DNA of 50,417 nucleotides from Bacilli bacterium (GTDB lineage Bacteria; Bacillota_I; Bacilli_A; RFN20; CAG-826): NCBI GenBank assembly GCA_017447725.1, contig JAFSMX010000007.1, positions 1 to 50,417 of the forward strand, read 5' to 3'. Shown piece by piece: positions 48,798 to 50,417 of this stretch (position 1 is its first letter; each line of letters starts with the position of its first letter). The notes under the pieces were generated by a model. It saw only the letters and a program-made list of their open reading frames with translations, ran no database searches and was not told where the DNA came from. The position numbers and the translations under genes were made by a program.

Positions 48798-49625
48798 TTA
48801 TTTTTTGTATTCTTCAACACGATGAACGAGTTCATCGAGAGCGTCAGTTTCATATTCCTCAACCTTGCCTTGGTCAACCTTAGTTGCTAGTTCAGGATCA
48901 ATAGGAATTTCAGCTAAAACTTCTAAGCCATGTCGTTTAACGTCTTCTTTATATTTTCCATTACCAAAAACAACGATTTTTTCATTGCATTTTGGGCATT
49001 TTACGTAAGCCATATTCATTGCTACGCCTAAAATATCAACATACATCATCTTTGCCATATTGATGGATTTAGCAACGACCATTGAAACAAGTTCTTGTGG
49101 GCTTGAAACAACGATAATTCCGTCAATTGGATAGCTTTGGAAAACAGTGAGTGGAACATCGCCTGTTCCTGGTGGCATATCAATCAATAAATAATCGACG
49201 TCTCCATAGATAACATCGGTGTAGAGTTGTTGAACAAAACCAGCAATAAGTGGTCCTCTCCAACAAATTGGATCTTCCGCATCTTCAAGTAAGCAGTTTG
49301 CTGACATAATTTTGATGCCATGAGGAGAAAGTAAAGGATAGAGCCCTGAATCATCTTGTGGAGCAAGTTTTCCTTTCAAACCAAATGCTTGCGGAATACT
49401 TGGTCCGGTAACGTCAGCATCAATAATTGCGACACTATGTCCGCGCTTATTTAGTGCGCTTGCTAAAAGTGAAGTAACAAGACTTTTTCCTACCCCACCT
49501 TTTCCAGAAATCACCGCAAAAGTCTTACGAAATGACGAAAATTGGTGTGGTTTTAATTTTTCGATTTTGCGTTCACTGCAGTCGCTTTCAGAGCAGTTTG
49601 AGCAGTCATGATTACAATCAGCCAT
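48798..49625 (-). CDS. Mrp/NBP35 (ApbC) Fe-S cluster carrier ATPase
   Basis: N-terminal Cys cluster, SGKGGVGKS, DADVTGPS, WRGP, DMPPGTGD and CPKC. Confidence 0.94.
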   Translation of the reverse strand: MADCNHDCSNCSESDCSERKIEKLKPHQFSSFRKTFAVISGKGGVGKSLVTSLLASALNKRGHSVAIIDADVTGPSIPQAFGLKGKLAPQDDSGLYPLLSPHGIKIMSANCLLEDAEDPICWRGPLIAGFVQQLYTDVIYGDVDYLLIDMPPGTGDVPLTVFQSYPIDGIIVVSSPQELVSMVVAKSINMAKMMYVDILGVAMNMAYVKCPKCNEKIVVFGNGKYKEDVKRHGLEVLAEIPIDPELATKVDQGKVEEYETDALDELVHRVEEYKK

Positions 49626-49687
49626 ATGAGATAAGCCTCCGATTTAGGTGTTTATATTATCTCATAATTAATGTAATTAAAAAACTA

Positions 49688-50272
49688 TTAATCTAAATTG
49701 TGTAGACTATCTAAAAGTTTTTGGTTTTTTCGCTGTGCCAGGATCCTTCTTCTAACACCTGAAACAGACATATTTAATTTGTCAGCAATTTGTTGGAGTG
49801 TCCAACCAGAACCGCGGTAAATGAGAATTATTTTATCAAGGGGATCAAGAGCGAATTTTCTTAGCTCATCTGAAGACAAGATGGTCTCAAAATTCTTAAT
49901 TTCATCGTCAAATTCTCCAAGAGTCTCAGAGATCTTTTCGTGACGACGATTTCTAATGTCTAAACTTACGCAATAAAAAAGCGGATCTTTTCTTGTTTGG
50001 ACCCGCCTAACAAAGTCAAGAGTTTTGTAGTGAACAATTTTCTTGAGATAGTATCTGAATCTGGTGATACTTGGATTGTAAGTTTTGACAGCGATTGCGA
50101 AGAACTCATTGTACATATCTTCGCAGTCTTCTCTTGTGACGTTTCTAATAAAACATTCTCTCATTAACATCAGCATTAAGCGGATGTTTTCTTCTTGGCA
50201 CTTTTCGTAATACTTATGAGTTAATTCGGCTTCATATGTTGAAAAGAATCCAAGATTTTTGGATTTTGACAT
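49688..50272 (-). CDS. Alternative sigma-70 family factor (SigH/ComX-like)
   Basis: Region-2-like EDCEDMY...AVKTYNP..FRYYL...LDFVRR, VSLD, and a region-4 HTH GWTLQQIADKLNMS. Occupies the sigH position between rlmB and rpmG. Confidence 0.75.
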   Translation of the reverse strand: MSKSKNLGFFSTYEAELTHKYYEKCQEENIRLMLMLMRECFIRNVTREDCEDMYNEFFAIAVKTYNPSITRFRYYLKKIVHYKTLDFVRRVQTRKDPLFYCVSLDIRNRRHEKISETLGEFDDEIKNFETILSSDELRKFALDPLDKIILIYRGSGWTLQQIADKLNMSVSGVRRRILAQRKNQKLLDSLHNLD

Positions 50273-50288
50273 GTAAATTCCTCCTTAT

Positions 50289-50417
50289 TTACTTAAAGGA
50301 GGATCTAATATTACTTAGTAATACACCTGTTGCCACAGAGACGTTTAATGAGTTCACGTGGCCAAGCATTGGGATTTTCACAACGAAATCAGAATTTTCG
50401 AGAACGAGTCTTGAAAT
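50289..50417 (-). CDS. rlmB: C-terminus of a TrmH/SpoU RNA methyltransferase (RlmB-like), partial
   Basis: ISRLVLENSDFVVKIPMLGHVNSLNVSVATGVLL contains the SpoU motif IPM..SLNVSVA. Confidence 0.88.
   Translation of the reverse strand: MSRLVLENSDFVVKIPMLGHVNSLNVSVATGVLLSNIRSSFK

Noticed and set aside
1-50417. CRISPR array, IS elements, and genetic code 4
   Set aside because: I saw no spaced direct repeats or transposase-like ORFs. TGA acts as a stop (e.g. whiA, uvrA) and the long ORFs are intact under code 11.

Overview
This is a low-GC core-chromosome segment of an anaerobic Bacillota organism, most likely a reduced-genome Bacilli lineage related to Mollicutes/Erysipelotrichales (inference). 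It uses the standard code with TGA as stop, and has a Mollicutes-like L11 deletion and an RpoB His526-to-Asn equivalent. Essentially all genes lie on the minus strand. In transcription order (right to left): rlmB-like (partial), SigH-like sigma factor, Mrp/NBP35, a 38-aa rubredoxin-like ORF, rpmG-secE-nusG, an inserted ArsR + P1B heavy-metal ATPase operon, rplK-rplA-rplJ-rplL-methyltransferase-rpoB-rpoC, an unassigned structured RNA, a GtrA gene, a candidate type I toxin-antitoxin locus, rpsL-rpsG-fusA-tuf, two RDD paralogues, a CUT1-type ABC importer with an OB-fold lipoprotein, tRNA-Lys(CTT), a Pnk-like kinase, a Rex-like wHTH protein, PFOR, a flippase + GT4 pair, uvrA-lgt-HAD-trxB-rapZ-whiA-XRE, gap-pgk-tpiA-YccA-desulfoferrodoxin, and the promoter/leader of an rRNA operon at the left edge. 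The most interesting unexplained material is the ~1.3 kb between rpoC and rpsL. It holds (1) a 29-aa hydrophobic peptide gene, the only credible plus-strand gene, facing a convergent ~80-nt antisense RNA, and (2) a ~96-nt multi-stem RNA with a possible kissing loop and its own promoter and terminator. Other leads: a possible oligonucleotide-uptake ABC system, a thioredoxin reductase lacking NADPH-binding motifs, an ArsR with a metallothionein-like insert, and a 14-bp antisense copy of the tRNA-Lys anticodon region in the promoter of the adjacent Pnk-like kinase. All assignments come from reading motifs by eye; no database searches were run.
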